NCBI GenBank assembly: GCA_965216875.1
Contig: OZ244207.1
Coordinates: forward strand, 4,192,001-4,256,000
Length of the DNA: 64,000 nt
Direction of reading: 5' to 3'
From: Rubripirellula sp.
GTDB lineage: Bacteria > Planctomycetota > Planctomycetia > Pirellulales > Pirellulaceae
A program made the position numbers and the translations under genes. Of this stretch, positions 46,462 through 58,000 are shown one piece after another. The notes beneath the pieces are model-generated. The model was not told the DNA's origin. It saw only the letters and a list, made by a program, of their open reading frames with translations, and did no database searches. Position 1 is the stretch's first letter, and each line of letters begins with the position of its first letter.

Positions 46462-47940
46462 ATGTTACGTTTCGTGTTTTCGATGGCCCTGGTCGCCGTC
46501 GGCTGCTCGTCGATTTTTCCGCAGCGATTGGTCTGTGCCGATGACTATTCGGCTGGTACCCAATTGGCCCAGTGGCTCGATGCCCAACTCTCACAGTCTC
46601 TCGAAGGCCGCGAGACCTGCGATGACCTCACCTATGCTCGCCGCGTCTACCTCGACGTAATGGGGCGAATCCCCGGTGTTTCTGAAACCCGCGATTACAT
46701 GGCCGTCGACCAGGACGACCGCCGCGACTGGTTGGTCGAACGGCTGCTTTACCCAGCCGACAAGTACGCTCGCGAGAAACAACAGACGACCGCCGAGCAT
46801 TGGGCGAGAATCTGGCGACGCAACCTACTGCCGCCGGCGCTCGTTGATGCTCCGCCAGCGATGCAGATGGAAACGTGGTTGGCCCAGCAGTTTGCCGAAG
46901 ACGTGCCTTTTGACAAAGTTGGCCGCGATCTGGTCACGCCTGCATCGAGTCCCGGTGGTCAGGCGCTCTACCAAGCCTCGGGCAATTCCCCCGAAGCGTT
47001 CGTGACACAAGTTGCCCGTGGCTTACTTGGCGTTCGCATCAACTGTGCCCAGTGCCACGATCATCCGTTTACCGATTGGAAACAAGAAGACTTTTGGGGG
47101 ATGGCAGCCTATTACTCGGGCGGTCCCAATGGCAGTACGAGTGGTTCGATTGCACACGAAGGCACATCGTACGAAGCCAAGACATTGTGGGACAAAGAGC
47201 CCGCGGAGAAAAACAAACGCAATCCCGAAGCGTTTGCACAGTGGTTGACTGCCGATGACAATCCACAGTTTGCGTCATCGGCGGTCAACCGCATTTGGGA
47301 ACAACTTGTTGGACGCGGCCTGTTTGCCGAGGCCAATGACTTGGACACGGCGACCGACGAGCAACGGGAGATGCTCGACCGTTTGGCCGATCACTTTCGT
47401 GAGAGCCAATATGCGATGCGGCCGCTGATTGCGGGCATCTTGAAGAGCAAGGCTTATCAACTCGAAACCAATCCGGTCGACCGACCGTTGAAAGTGCTCG
47501 GCCCCGAGCAGGTCTTTTATTCGCTTGAGCGTGCTCTTTTGTTGCCGGTCGGCAGGATCAACGAAACCTCGGCGCGCCACAACGGGCGTCGTCTTCAGAT
47601 GCTGGCTCGGCTTTCTGAAGCGGTCGGTGACCGACCCGATGACTATGCATCGGGTATCCCGCAAGCGTTGTTGCTGATGAATGGTCCGATGACCAGCGAC
47701 GCGGTGAACCTCGAACGCAGCCGGCTACTTCGTGCCGTTGTCGATGCACCCTATTTCGACGACGCCGAAAAAGTCAAAACGCTTTACATGGCGGTGCTGA
47801 CGCGTCCGCCGAGCGAAAAAGAACAAAGCCAGCTCGAATCGTATTTGAGCGGCAAGAAGACCGAAGCGGAACGCAAAATCGCGCACGGCGAAATCCTTTG
47901 GGCCCTCATTAACAGTCCGGAGTTTGTGTTATGTCGATAA
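46462..47940 (+). CDS. DUF1549/DUF1553 (PSCyt2/PSD1) planctomycete protein with CxxCH
   Basis: Signal peptide; YARRVYLDVMGRIP, LGVRINCAQCHDHPF, NPQFASSAVNRIW, QALLLMNG, WALINSPEF. Confidence 0.92.
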   Translation: MLRFVFSMALVAVGCSSIFPQRLVCADDYSAGTQLAQWLDAQLSQSLEGRETCDDLTYARRVYLDVMGRIPGVSETRDYMAVDQDDRRDWLVERLLYPADKYAREKQQTTAEHWARIWRRNLLPPALVDAPPAMQMETWLAQQFAEDVPFDKVGRDLVTPASSPGGQALYQASGNSPEAFVTQVARGLLGVRINCAQCHDHPFTDWKQEDFWGMAAYYSGGPNGSTSGSIAHEGTSYEAKTLWDKEPAEKNKRNPEAFAQWLTADDNPQFASSAVNRIWEQLVGRGLFAEANDLDTATDEQREMLDRLADHFRESQYAMRPLIAGILKSKAYQLETNPVDRPLKVLGPEQVFYSLERALLLPVGRINETSARHNGRRLQMLARLSEAVGDRPDDYASGIPQALLLMNGPMTSDAVNLERSRLLRAVVDAPYFDDAEKVKTLYMAVLTRPPSEKEQSQLESYLSGKKTEAERKIAHGEILWALINSPEFVLCR

Positions 47941-49247
47941 ACCTATTTCAACGTGATCTGTCCCGACGCTGTTTGATTCGATCGGCCGCCTGCAGTGTGC
48001 TTGGCGTCGGCGCATCGGGCTGGTTGCCACAATTGGCAGCGGCGGCAAGCGGCAAAACCAAACTCTCCTGCATCCTGCTTTGGATGAGTGGCGGTCCAAG
48101 CCAAATGGAAACGCTTGACCCCAAACCGGGCCACGACAATGGCGGCCCGACCAAAGCGATCTCGACCGCTGTGCCCGGCATTCACATTGCCGAAAACTTG
48201 CCGGGCGTCGCCAAGCAGATGAAAGACATTGCGATCATTCGTGGCATGAAGACTCGCGAGGGGGATCACGGCCGAGCGACGGAACTCATGATGACGGGAC
48301 GTCGACCTGGGACGGGTGGGGTTGAGTTCCCGTCGCTCGGATCCGTGATCGCCCAACGGATGATCCAGGCCGATGTCGATCTTCCGCCTTACGTCAGCAT
48401 TGCTCCGCCGCAATTCGGTCGCCCCAGTGGTGCCGGATTCCTTGGCCCCAAATACTCGCCCCTGGTGGTTTCCGGGCGCAGCAACGACCCCAACGCTCGA
48501 GCCAACTTGTCGATCGAGAACCTGCAACCGAGTGACGGCTCACTTGTTTCGCTTGACGAACGTTTCGAGCTGTTGCAAATGCTGCAAACGCGTCTGGTTT
48601 CATCCGACGTCTCGGCCGAAGCCCACGTTGCCAACTACAACTCCGCAATGCGGATGGTCAAAACCAAAGGGGGCGGTGCGTTCGAACTTGACCAGGAACC
48701 CGAAGAGATTCGCGATCGTTACGGTCGCAATCGTTTTGGCCAAGGTTGTCTACTCGCGCGGCGGTTGGTCGAGCGGGGTGTTCCGTTTGTTGAAGTGGGA
48801 CTTTCCGATGTTCCCGGCACGATCGGCAACTGGGACACACATTCGGACAACTTCGATCAAGTCAGTCAGCTTTGTGACGTGCTCGACCCGGCGTGGTCGA
48901 CGTTGCTGGAAGACCTGCGTGAGCGTGGGATGTTGGAATCGACCATGGTCGTTTGGATGGGCGAATTCGGCAGAACCCCCGTCATCAATGACGGCGGCGG
49001 TCGGGATCACTTCCCAGATGCTTGGAGTGTGGCTCTTTCCGGCGGTTTGGTTCGCGGCGGACAAGTGATTGGCGACTCGGGAAAAGATGGTATGGAATCG
49101 AAAGATCGTCCGACCTCGGCACCCGACCTGTTCGCGAGTGTGCTCTCTGGCCTCGGCGTCAATCCTCACGACGACAACTACGACGGCGATCGGCCCATTC
49201 CGTTGATCGAGGAGGGTGGGCAATCGGTCGGCGGACTCTTCACTTGA
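47931..49247 (+). CDS. DUF1501 family protein, Tat-exported
   Basis: SRRCLI Tat-like motif; LWMSGGPSQMETLDPKP, YGRNRFGQGCLLARRLVERGVPFVEV, WDTH, GEFGRTP, GRDHFP. Confidence 0.93.
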   Translation: MSINLFQRDLSRRCLIRSAACSVLGVGASGWLPQLAAAASGKTKLSCILLWMSGGPSQMETLDPKPGHDNGGPTKAISTAVPGIHIAENLPGVAKQMKDIAIIRGMKTREGDHGRATELMMTGRRPGTGGVEFPSLGSVIAQRMIQADVDLPPYVSIAPPQFGRPSGAGFLGPKYSPLVVSGRSNDPNARANLSIENLQPSDGSLVSLDERFELLQMLQTRLVSSDVSAEAHVANYNSAMRMVKTKGGGAFELDQEPEEIRDRYGRNRFGQGCLLARRLVERGVPFVEVGLSDVPGTIGNWDTHSDNFDQVSQLCDVLDPAWSTLLEDLRERGMLESTMVVWMGEFGRTPVINDGGGRDHFPDAWSVALSGGLVRGGQVIGDSGKDGMESKDRPTSAPDLFASVLSGLGVNPHDDNYDGDRPIPLIEEGGQSVGGLFT

Positions 49248-49297
49248 TCCCGCTTTTGCTTGATTCTGCTAACCAATTCGGTACCGTCAAAGAATAG

Positions 49298-50932
49298 ATG
49301 CCAACGAGGACAATCGTGTTTCGCAAGAAAGTCGTCATCACTGCTGTGCTGATGCTGGCCGCTTCGGTCCCAGCGTTGGCTCAGGATGCGCGTGACTTGA
49401 TTGTTGTCCTGCCGAACCGTCCGCTGCATGTTCGCATCAGCGTACTGGAATCAGGCAGACCGCTTGAAGCCGTGCGTCGCCAGTACATCCAAGACTTGAT
49501 CGCGAAACTTGACGTCAATAACGACGGCAAACTCTCGCGTGCCGAGACGCGAACGAGTCCTTTGTTTAATACCAAGCGACGTTTCGACGACAACCCGTTT
49601 TTGCGAAAGCTCGAACGAGACAGCAATGTGTCGCAGCGTGACGTGGTCATGACGGTGCAACGCGCAGCCGGTCAACCGCTCGCTTATCGCCAAGACGATT
49701 CGCTTGCCGACAACGATCTTGGTGTATTCGACGTGCTCGACCAAGATGGCTCGGGCATGATTGAACCCAAAGAGATGCGGATGGCCGCCGCTCGCATTGC
49801 GGCGCGCGACAGCGATACCGATCGCTGCATCACGTTTGACGAATTTCTTGATCAAGTCGAACCCGAAGTCGACCCGAATGGCTTGGTGATGGAGATCGAT
49901 GACACACCGCCACCTTCGATCCATTCCGATCGGCTGCGTGATTTTCGCGAGCCAACGCTACCGACGCGTCTGGTGCGTCTCTACGACGCCAATCGTGATG
50001 CCAAGCTAAGTGCCGAAGAATTGCAATGGAGCGACGAGCGAGTTGCTGAACTTGACCGCAACCGCGACAAGCTGCTGACCTCGCGCGAGCTGGCGGGAAT
50101 GAAATCGATGGCGCCCGATTTGGAACTGCGTCTGGACCTTGCCGAGCCGACCGCCGAGGCGCTCGAGTTAATCTCTCGACGTGGTGGAACCAAAGTCACG
50201 CAGCCGCGCGACGGATTACTTCGAATTGTGCAGGGCGAAGTGACGCTCACATTTGGCTATCGCCATCGAGACCCACTCGAAGAAGCCGAAATCGCTGCTC
50301 GCGATGTATTCAATGAAATCGATCTTGATGCCAACGGCTACCTCGATCGTGACGAGATCGAAGAACGCCACCGGTTCAAACGATACCTCTTTGATGCAAT
50401 GGATTCTGACCAAGACGATCGTGTCTTTGTCAAAGAGATGATGGAATACGTTCGCTCGTTCGCGGAACCGGCCGCCTCGAGCTGCCAGATGACCCTTTAC
50501 GACATCGGCAGCGGTTACTTCCAAATGATCGACGCCAGTGACGACGGACGGATTTCGATTCGCGAACTTCGCACAGCCGAAAAAGCACTCAACAGTGCGG
50601 CGGGCGGTGTCGGCCGCGCCCTGAATCCATCCAAGGTTCGCCACAACTATCGCATCGAAATGTCGCGCGGCTTGGTCTCGCTGTTTGGTGCCGTCGATCG
50701 CCCCACGGCAGAAGCTCCCACGGCCGTGCTGCGAAAACCGATCGGCCCCTCTTGGTTTGTCGCCAACGACACCAACGACGACGGCGATTTGACTTGGGAA
50801 GAATTCATCGGTCCGGAAACCACCTTCCGAGCCATGGACACCGACCAAGACGGTCTAATCGATGCGAGTGAGGCGGCCGCCTACGAGTCCCAGCTAATCA
50901 GTAAACCAAACGAATCGTTGCTTTCCAATTAG
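49298..50932 (+). CDS. Secreted multi-EF-hand protein
   Basis: Signal peptide ending ALA-QD; loops DVNNDGKLSRAE, DQDGSGMIEPKE, DANRDAKLSAEE, DLDANGYLDRDE, DASDDGRISIRE, DTNDDGDLTWEE, DTDQDGLIDASE. Confidence 0.88.
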   Translation: MPTRTIVFRKKVVITAVLMLAASVPALAQDARDLIVVLPNRPLHVRISVLESGRPLEAVRRQYIQDLIAKLDVNNDGKLSRAETRTSPLFNTKRRFDDNPFLRKLERDSNVSQRDVVMTVQRAAGQPLAYRQDDSLADNDLGVFDVLDQDGSGMIEPKEMRMAAARIAARDSDTDRCITFDEFLDQVEPEVDPNGLVMEIDDTPPPSIHSDRLRDFREPTLPTRLVRLYDANRDAKLSAEELQWSDERVAELDRNRDKLLTSRELAGMKSMAPDLELRLDLAEPTAEALELISRRGGTKVTQPRDGLLRIVQGEVTLTFGYRHRDPLEEAEIAARDVFNEIDLDANGYLDRDEIEERHRFKRYLFDAMDSDQDDRVFVKEMMEYVRSFAEPAASSCQMTLYDIGSGYFQMIDASDDGRISIRELRTAEKALNSAAGGVGRALNPSKVRHNYRIEMSRGLVSLFGAVDRPTAEAPTAVLRKPIGPSWFVANDTNDDGDLTWEEFIGPETTFRAMDTDQDGLIDASEAAAYESQLISKPNESLLSN

Positions 50933-50963
50933 CCGCGATCCTTTCCGCGAAGCGAAAGACGTC

Positions 50964-51989
50964 ATGAGTACCACCGTGAATTCAAAGCCAACGTCCGACA
51001 CAGACGTCCTTGCCCACATCGAACAACTCGGCGTGGCTCGAAAACGGCTGACCGATGAGATAGGAAAAGTCATCGTTGGCCAAGAACAGGTCATTGATTA
51101 CCTGTTGATCGGGTTGCTCTGCCGTGGGCACGTTTTGTTGCACGGCGTACCAGGTCTGGGCAAGACACTGATGGCGAGAACGCTCTCGCAAACGCTTGAC
51201 CTCGATTTCAAACGTGTTCAGTTCACGCCCGACTTGATGCCTTCGGACATTACCGGAACCGATGTTCTGGAACCTGATGGCGAAGGCGGTCACAAGATGC
51301 AATTCGTCCCCGGCCCGATCTTCACCAATTTCCTGTTGGCCGACGAAATCAATCGAACGCCACCGAAGACGCAAGCTTCCTTGTTGCAAGCGATGCAGGA
51401 ACGCGAAGTTTCCGCGGGAACGCAAACCTATCAATTGAAACCACCTTTCTTTGTCGTTGCGACGCAAAACCCCATCGAGATGGAAGGCACCTACCCGTTG
51501 CCCGAAGCGCAAGTTGACCGATTCATGTTCAACGTCCGCGTGCGTTATCCGAGCGTTGCCGAAGAAGCCAAAATCATCGCCGGCACGACCGGCACCGACA
51601 TGCCTGAAGCATCGGCCATCTTGTCAGCCGACGACTTGCTGGTGTTGCAAGATGTTGTCCGCAGTGTTCCGGTCGCGGACGACGTCACGCTTTATGCCGC
51701 ACGTCTGGTCGCGGCGAGTCGACCCGAAACGCCCGAAGCGATCGAGATGGTCAAGAAATACGTGGGCTATGGTGCGAGCCCGCGAGCCGGACAGTCGCTG
51801 GTGCTTGCCGGCAAAGCACGCGCCATCCTTGATGGGCGGATGCATGTCGATTTTGCCGATCTGAAAGCCGTCGCACACCCGGTTCTGCGGCACCGATTGG
51901 TGCTCAATTTCCACGCCCGAGCCGATGGAATTGACAGCGACCGCGTGGTGGATCAACTGCTCGAAGAATTGCCTGAGGATCCGGTCTAA
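50964..51989 (+). CDS. MoxR-family AAA+ ATPase
   Basis: HVLLHGVPGLGKT, RVQFTPDLMPSDITG, LADEINRTPPKTQASLLQAMQE, ATQNPIEMEGTYPLPEAQVDRF. Confidence 0.96.
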   Translation: MSTTVNSKPTSDTDVLAHIEQLGVARKRLTDEIGKVIVGQEQVIDYLLIGLLCRGHVLLHGVPGLGKTLMARTLSQTLDLDFKRVQFTPDLMPSDITGTDVLEPDGEGGHKMQFVPGPIFTNFLLADEINRTPPKTQASLLQAMQEREVSAGTQTYQLKPPFFVVATQNPIEMEGTYPLPEAQVDRFMFNVRVRYPSVAEEAKIIAGTTGTDMPEASAILSADDLLVLQDVVRSVPVADDVTLYAARLVAASRPETPEAIEMVKKYVGYGASPRAGQSLVLAGKARAILDGRMHVDFADLKAVAHPVLRHRLVLNFHARADGIDSDRVVDQLLEELPEDPV

Positions 51990-52942
51990 TGCCGTTGCTT
52001 AGTCCACGAGCGAAAACGGGGCAGGGGAGAGCTGCGGAAACGTCCTCGTCCTCGGGTTGGTTGTCGCCAAATGAACTAGCGGACCTGACCGGTGTCGAGC
52101 TGCGCGCTGCAGGCATCGTCGAAGGTTTCATGCAGGGTCTGCACCGTAGTCCGTTTGTTGGCTACAGCGTCGAGTTTTCTTCGCACCGCAAGTATGCCGC
52201 CGGTGACGATCCGCGACATGTGAATTGGAAGCTGTACGCGCGCAATCGCAAACTTTACGTCAAAGAGTTTGATGCCGAAACAAACCTGAACCTGTACCTG
52301 ATGGTCGACTGCAGCAAGTCGATGCAATGCAAGGCTGGCAGCCCACTTAGCAAATGGCATTACGCGACCGCGGTTGCCGGCGCTCTCGCTCAAATCTCAT
52401 TGCGCCAACGCGACGCGGTGGGATTGGCTTTGCTGGCTGGCGGCGTGATCGAGCATTTGGAACCGTCGGCAAAACCAGGTCGCTTTAGTGACTTGGTGCG
52501 GATACTCGATCAGTCGCCGCGTCCGGCCGAAACCGACCTTGGACGATCGCTTTCGCAGGCGGCCCAGCTGGCTCGCCATCGTGGCATTGTCATCGTCCTT
52601 AGCGACCTGATGGATGATCCCGATGCGGTCATGGAAGGTCTGAGGCAGCTTCGTTTTCGCCAACACGAAGTCGTCCTGTTCCACATCCTCGATCCCTGGG
52701 AACGCTGGTTGCCCGAGCCCGGTAAGGTTCGATTCCATGATCTGGAAACCTCGGCAGAAGTCACCACCGAAACCGATGCCGTGCGATCAGCTTACGTCAA
52801 ACGCATCGACGACTGGTGCAACGCACTTCGCAGCGAATGCCTCCGCCAGTCGATCGACTTGGTTCAAGTCACAACTGACCAACCGCCAACCGCTGTTCTG
52901 GTTGATTACCTCGTCCAGCGATCCAACAAAAGCGTGTCCTGA
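51989..52942 (+). CDS. DUF58 (VWA-like) protein
   Basis: GLHRSPFVGYSVEFSSHRKYAAGDDPRHVNWKLYAR, VDCSKSM, LSDL. Confidence 0.93.
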   Translation: MPLLSPRAKTGQGRAAETSSSSGWLSPNELADLTGVELRAAGIVEGFMQGLHRSPFVGYSVEFSSHRKYAAGDDPRHVNWKLYARNRKLYVKEFDAETNLNLYLMVDCSKSMQCKAGSPLSKWHYATAVAGALAQISLRQRDAVGLALLAGGVIEHLEPSAKPGRFSDLVRILDQSPRPAETDLGRSLSQAAQLARHRGIVIVLSDLMDDPDAVMEGLRQLRFRQHEVVLFHILDPWERWLPEPGKVRFHDLETSAEVTTETDAVRSAYVKRIDDWCNALRSECLRQSIDLVQVTTDQPPTAVLVDYLVQRSNKSVS

Positions 52943-54978
52943 TGGCTTTCCTTCAACCCCTGTTTTTCTACGCGCTCGCGGCGCTAGCGATCCCGCTAGT
53001 GTTGCACTTGATATCGCGTTGGCAAAGCAAGAAGGTCGAATTGGGCACCACACGTTTCTTGCTCGAAATCCTGAACGACCAAGCACACCGAAAACGAATT
53101 CGCCGCTGGTTGCTTCTTGCCACGCGCATGGCGCTCATCGCGTTGGCGGTGTTCTTGTTTGTCCGTCCATCGCTGCCGCGAACGTCGCGCCGGGATGGCG
53201 ACCGAATGCGTCTGATCTTGGTTGATCGTTCCGCAAGCATGTCGGTGCGCAGTGGAGCGAGCGGACGCCTTGTCGATGAAGCTGTTTCGAAGGCTCGTGA
53301 ATCAATCGACGAACTCGGCCCCGACGCGAGGATCGAACTAGCATTCTTCGATTCAGGTGTTCAGCCGATTGCGGATCGCACCGACTGGAGTGCACCCAAA
53401 TCGTTGCTTGGCGGAACACGGCTCGTCGACGCAATGCGTTGGGCGCGCGATCGCTGCTTGGCAATGCCAAACAACCGCGCCGACGTTGTCGTCATCTCCG
53501 ACCTACAACGCTGCGGCCTCGACGGCGCCGAAGATATCGAAATGCCAGCCGACATCGATGTGCACTTAGTAGATGTGGGACGCGAAGTTTCCGACAACTT
53601 GGCCGTCTTGGGATTGCGCGTTCCCCCCGGTATGCACCTTCCCGAAAGTCCTTTGAAGGTCAGCGGCACGATCTTCAACTTCGGCCCCGCCGATCACGTC
53701 GATATTCCCGTGATCGTGACGGCGCGCGACAAGTCGGCCAAACACTATGTCCGCAAAACGGTCACGATTCCCTCCCAGCAAGCGGTCGACGTTGACGCCG
53801 AATTCGCGTCACTCGCGCCGGGACGCTGGGAAATCACGCTCGATGTCGATTACGAAGACGATTTGCTCGATGACAATCGTCGTCGCAGTGCCGCGATGGT
53901 TGCCACCCCCGCCCGAGTCCTGGTTCTTGACGGCGGTAACAAGCGACGCGACGAAACGTACTTCCTTCGAACCGCCCTGTCGGCACGCAAGATTGATCTC
54001 GAAAACCTTGCCAGCGAACTCCGTCAACTCGAAGAAGCGGGAGACGATCCTGAAACCGCGGCGCGTGGTTCTCGTTTTGCCCCCGATGTGATCTATCTCG
54101 ACGAAGCGACAACGCTTCCCGATTTGGATGGTTACCCGCTGGTTGTCATCGCAGATCCCGGCCAGATGTTGGCGGCCGAAATCGAAGCCCTTCACGACTA
54201 TGTCGATGGCGGTGGGCGAATGCTCGTCTTTGCGGGCAAACGACTCGCCGAATCGGCCTCGCGTGAATGGGAAGCATCGGGCTTGGCTCCAGGAGTCATT
54301 TCCACGCCACGTCGCGCTGGCGCGGTTCCCTACCGCATGACGACTTGGCATCGCGATCATCCGATGCTCGAACCTTTCGCCGACCCTCAGCACGGCGATC
54401 TTTCGCGGCTCGCATTCCACTCGGCCGTTCCCGTAAAGCCTTCCGAACAAACATTGGTGCTTGCTAGCTTCGAACCAAACTTTCCAGCGATCACACAACA
54501 CGACGTGGGCGGTGGCCGCGTGATCTGGTGCAGCGTGCCCGCGACACGAGACTTTGGCAATTGGGTCGCCAGTCCGCTTTACCTGCCGATCATGCAACAG
54601 ATGGCTGCGGATTTGTTGGGACAAACCGGCGAAGGTCCGATTCGACTTCGCGTTTGTGGTGGCACGCCCGATGCGAACGCGGGCGCAGTGATCGCCCAGG
54701 CCAAAACCGACATTCGCCAGCCTGGGTTTTATGGCGACCGCCGCACCTTGACGGTGGTGAATTTGCCTCCCGAAGAATCGGACATCACGCGGATGGAGCC
54801 AACTGAGTTTTACGAGAGTTTCTCGATCACGCCTCCGGAAGACGTAGGTGACGTCTTGCCCGAGCAAGAGAAGAAGCAAGACTCAATCGCCTACGACGAG
54901 CTTTGGCCGTGGTTAGCGGTTGCGTTTTTGGGACTGTTAGTGGGTGAGTTTTGGTTGGCCGGGCGAACGCCAGGTTAA
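52942..54978 (+). CDS. BatA N-terminal + VWA + Ig/GATase-like membrane protein
   Basis: MAFLQP...IPLVLHL...RRWLLLATR...FVRP, VDRSASM (MIDAS), VISDLQ, C-terminal ELWPWL...EFWL. Confidence 0.88.
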   Translation: MAFLQPLFFYALAALAIPLVLHLISRWQSKKVELGTTRFLLEILNDQAHRKRIRRWLLLATRMALIALAVFLFVRPSLPRTSRRDGDRMRLILVDRSASMSVRSGASGRLVDEAVSKARESIDELGPDARIELAFFDSGVQPIADRTDWSAPKSLLGGTRLVDAMRWARDRCLAMPNNRADVVVISDLQRCGLDGAEDIEMPADIDVHLVDVGREVSDNLAVLGLRVPPGMHLPESPLKVSGTIFNFGPADHVDIPVIVTARDKSAKHYVRKTVTIPSQQAVDVDAEFASLAPGRWEITLDVDYEDDLLDDNRRRSAAMVATPARVLVLDGGNKRRDETYFLRTALSARKIDLENLASELRQLEEAGDDPETAARGSRFAPDVIYLDEATTLPDLDGYPLVVIADPGQMLAAEIEALHDYVDGGGRMLVFAGKRLAESASREWEASGLAPGVISTPRRAGAVPYRMTTWHRDHPMLEPFADPQHGDLSRLAFHSAVPVKPSEQTLVLASFEPNFPAITQHDVGGGRVIWCSVPATRDFGNWVASPLYLPIMQQMAADLLGQTGEGPIRLRVCGGTPDANAGAVIAQAKTDIRQPGFYGDRRTLTVVNLPPEESDITRMEPTEFYESFSITPPEDVGDVLPEQEKKQDSIAYDELWPWLAVAFLGLLVGEFWLAGRTPG

Positions 54979-55042
54979 CGAACAGTCGTTGCCGGCGGAT
55001 GTGGGCCAAAGGCGACGACATTAATCATTGCGAGGACGAGTC

Positions 55043-58000
55043 ATGAATGCGTTAGTGACGCCCCATGATGTTGTATTGCGGTTCGCCAAAGTGCGACGAG
55101 CAATCCTGACACACCGCTTACTTGCCGCTGCGATCTGTGGGGTCGGTTCGTTTGCAACCATCGTGTTGATGTTTGCGACGATCGATTTCTTCGTCGAGTT
55201 TGCGTACTCGGCCTGCTTGGTCGGATTGGGATTGTCGATCATCGTAGCCGCGTTGACGGTCGGCTTGCTCGCCTATCGTGCGATCCGGCTCGGCTCGACG
55301 CGCCGCGCGGCCGCTGAGATGGAACATCACTTTGCAACGATCGGCCAACGTCTCCGCACAACAATCGATTTGGCTGGACGCGACGGCGTCGACAAGTTGC
55401 CACTGACCACCGCACTCGCGACTGAAACGTTAGAAAAGTGCGATTCAGTCGACCTCGAAAGCATCGTGCCGCGAAAGCAAACGCTTTGGTGCGCCGTCGC
55501 AGTTGTCGGCATCATCTGCTTGCTGTTTTCGCCATCGCTCATCAGCTCAAACTGGAACACCGCGCTTGCTCGAGCCCTGGGCAGCGACCGCCCCTACACC
55601 GAACTTTCCGTTCAACCAGGTGACCTCGTGGTCGACGAAGGCACACCGGTTGAGCTGAAATTGAAACTCACCGGACGGCTCGATCGTGACGTTGCCCTGC
55701 ACGTTGGAATCCCTGGCAAGGCAGACGAGCCTTGGCAGATTGTCGACCTAAAACGCAGTGAAGGCGATGCGTCGAACGAAGCCTTTTATGTTGGCAGTCT
55801 GGGCCCCGTCAAAGAAGCTCGGATGTACCGCTTCGTGACGTCAGCGGGTCAATCAGACGTTCACGAAATCAATGTTCGCTATCCCGTGCGTATCGAAGCG
55901 ATCGAATTGACGGTCAAACGTCCCGAATACACCGGCTTGGATGATCGCGTCTATGAAAAGACCGATGTGACCGTACTGGAAGGCTCCGAAGTTGTTTGCC
56001 GCATTCGATCGCAGCGGCCACTTGATGAAGTCGACGTCGCGTTTTCGCCAGTGGGGCAATGGGACCCCGAAAAAGCGCTTCCCCCCGAAACGTTGGACGC
56101 GACAAAAAACGAAGATGGAACGCAGTGGGTGTTTCGCTTTACTGCCGGACAAGACACACGTTGGGTGATGCGTGGGGCCGACCCCGCGGGAACACCGATG
56201 GATCCGGTCAACGGGCAAGTAAGAGTCAAAGTCGATCGGCCACCAAAACTGCGATGGTCTTCCCCTGGCGACAGCCTGTTCGTTCACACACTGGCCGAAG
56301 TCCCCATGAGTGTTCGAGTGGAAGACGACTACGGTTTGACCGAAGCCGCCATTCGTTTCGAGATCTCTGGCAATGATGGCTACTCACTTGACGCGTTTGA
56401 CCTATCGCAAGTCGATCCCGAAGCCGGCCCGCAACCGCGAAAGGTTCTCGAACAGATTCTGCCGCTCGAGCATTTCCCGCTTACCGAAAAAGACTATGTC
56501 GCCTACTACGCCTATGCGATCGACAATCGACCGGGCGAACCGCAGTACGTCGAAAGCGAACGTCGCTACATCGACATTCGCCAATTGAAGTTGGACGTCC
56601 TGCTTCCCGACGAGGAACAAGACAACGACGGCCAGGCCCGCGAAGCACTCGCATCGCTGGATGAACTGATTGGACGTCAGCGATACCTGATCAATCGCAC
56701 GCGAACACTACGCTCGATGGACGAAGAAGAGCTTACAGAGAAACTTGGACTGCTCGATCGTCATGTCAGTAGGCAAACCGATCTGGCGGACATCACGCGT
56801 TTGGTCGCCGAACGACTGCAAGAGCGTGGCAACGACAATCTGGACGCCATGTTCCAGGCCGAAGGTTCGATGATTCAGGCTGCCGACTCGTTGACACTTG
56901 CCGACTTCGAATCGGCTCTTCCACAACAGGAAGACGCGCAGCGATTCTTGGTCGAAGCGCGCACTGAACTCGAACGTCGACTTGGCAATGGCGGGCAACG
57001 ACGAAGTGTCGCTGGGCAGCGGAACAACATGACGATGCTTCGCATGGTTCGCCAACGACTGCGACGCGAAGGCGAAAACGGCGAGGCCGCGGCGGCCCGC
57101 CAATTGGTGGCCCGCATCCGCGGCGTCGCATCGAGCCAACTGAACATCGCCGCTGAAATGCAGTCTCAATCCGCTGGTGGCTCGTCGTCGCAAGAACCCG
57201 ACGATGCCGATCCAACACCGGATACACAGGATTCAAACCAACCCGACTCCAACCAAGATCCTCAATCGCAACAAGATCCTGAGTCACCACCAAGCGATCA
57301 GGCGAGCGACGAATCCGATCCGGCTGACAGCCCCGGCGATGGGCAGGATCCTGATACCAACGAGGCGCAGGAACCCGAGGATCCAGAGGAAACGCCAGCA
57401 CAAACCCTGGCCGAGCGTCAAACGGAATTGCTTGATGAATTGAACGAGATCCAAGACGAAATCGCCAACATGTCATGGCCTTCCGAATTGGTACCGGATC
57501 GTGCTGACGCGGCGGTCGAAAAAATGGACGACCTCACCGCAGAAGTCAGTGGCTCGCAACCATCGGCCGACAAAGTCGAAACCGAATCGAAGCAACTCGC
57601 TGGCGCTTTGATGGAACTTGCGCTCAACATCGAATTGGTGAATCCTCCCGAACCGTCCGGGCGGCTCTCGGGAACGCGTGACCTGACGGCGTCGTTGGCA
57701 ATGCTTGAACAGGAACTTGCAGCGACCGCACGTCAAGCGAATCCGGACGATGATACCGACATGGAAGAAGAGATCGAGCAACAAGCCAGTGACGTTCGCA
57801 GTCGTGCGGAAACGCTTGAGGATGTTGCCCGCGCAGCTGCTGATGCAAACGATGCGGGGTCCGAGCAATTCGCTGACGCGATCGCTCAGTGGCTCGCCGA
57901 AAACCCATTGCTCGACACCGCGGGCGTTTCCAAAGAAAAGGCGGAAGAGCTCGAACAGTCGGATCGCAAGGGCGGCTTGGCTGAAGAAACTGCCGACGAA

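Noticed and set aside
57170..57400. Q/D/P/S-rich quasi-repeats (CAAGATCCT...)
   Set aside because: An in-frame low-complexity linker inside the DUF4175-like CDS, not a separate element.
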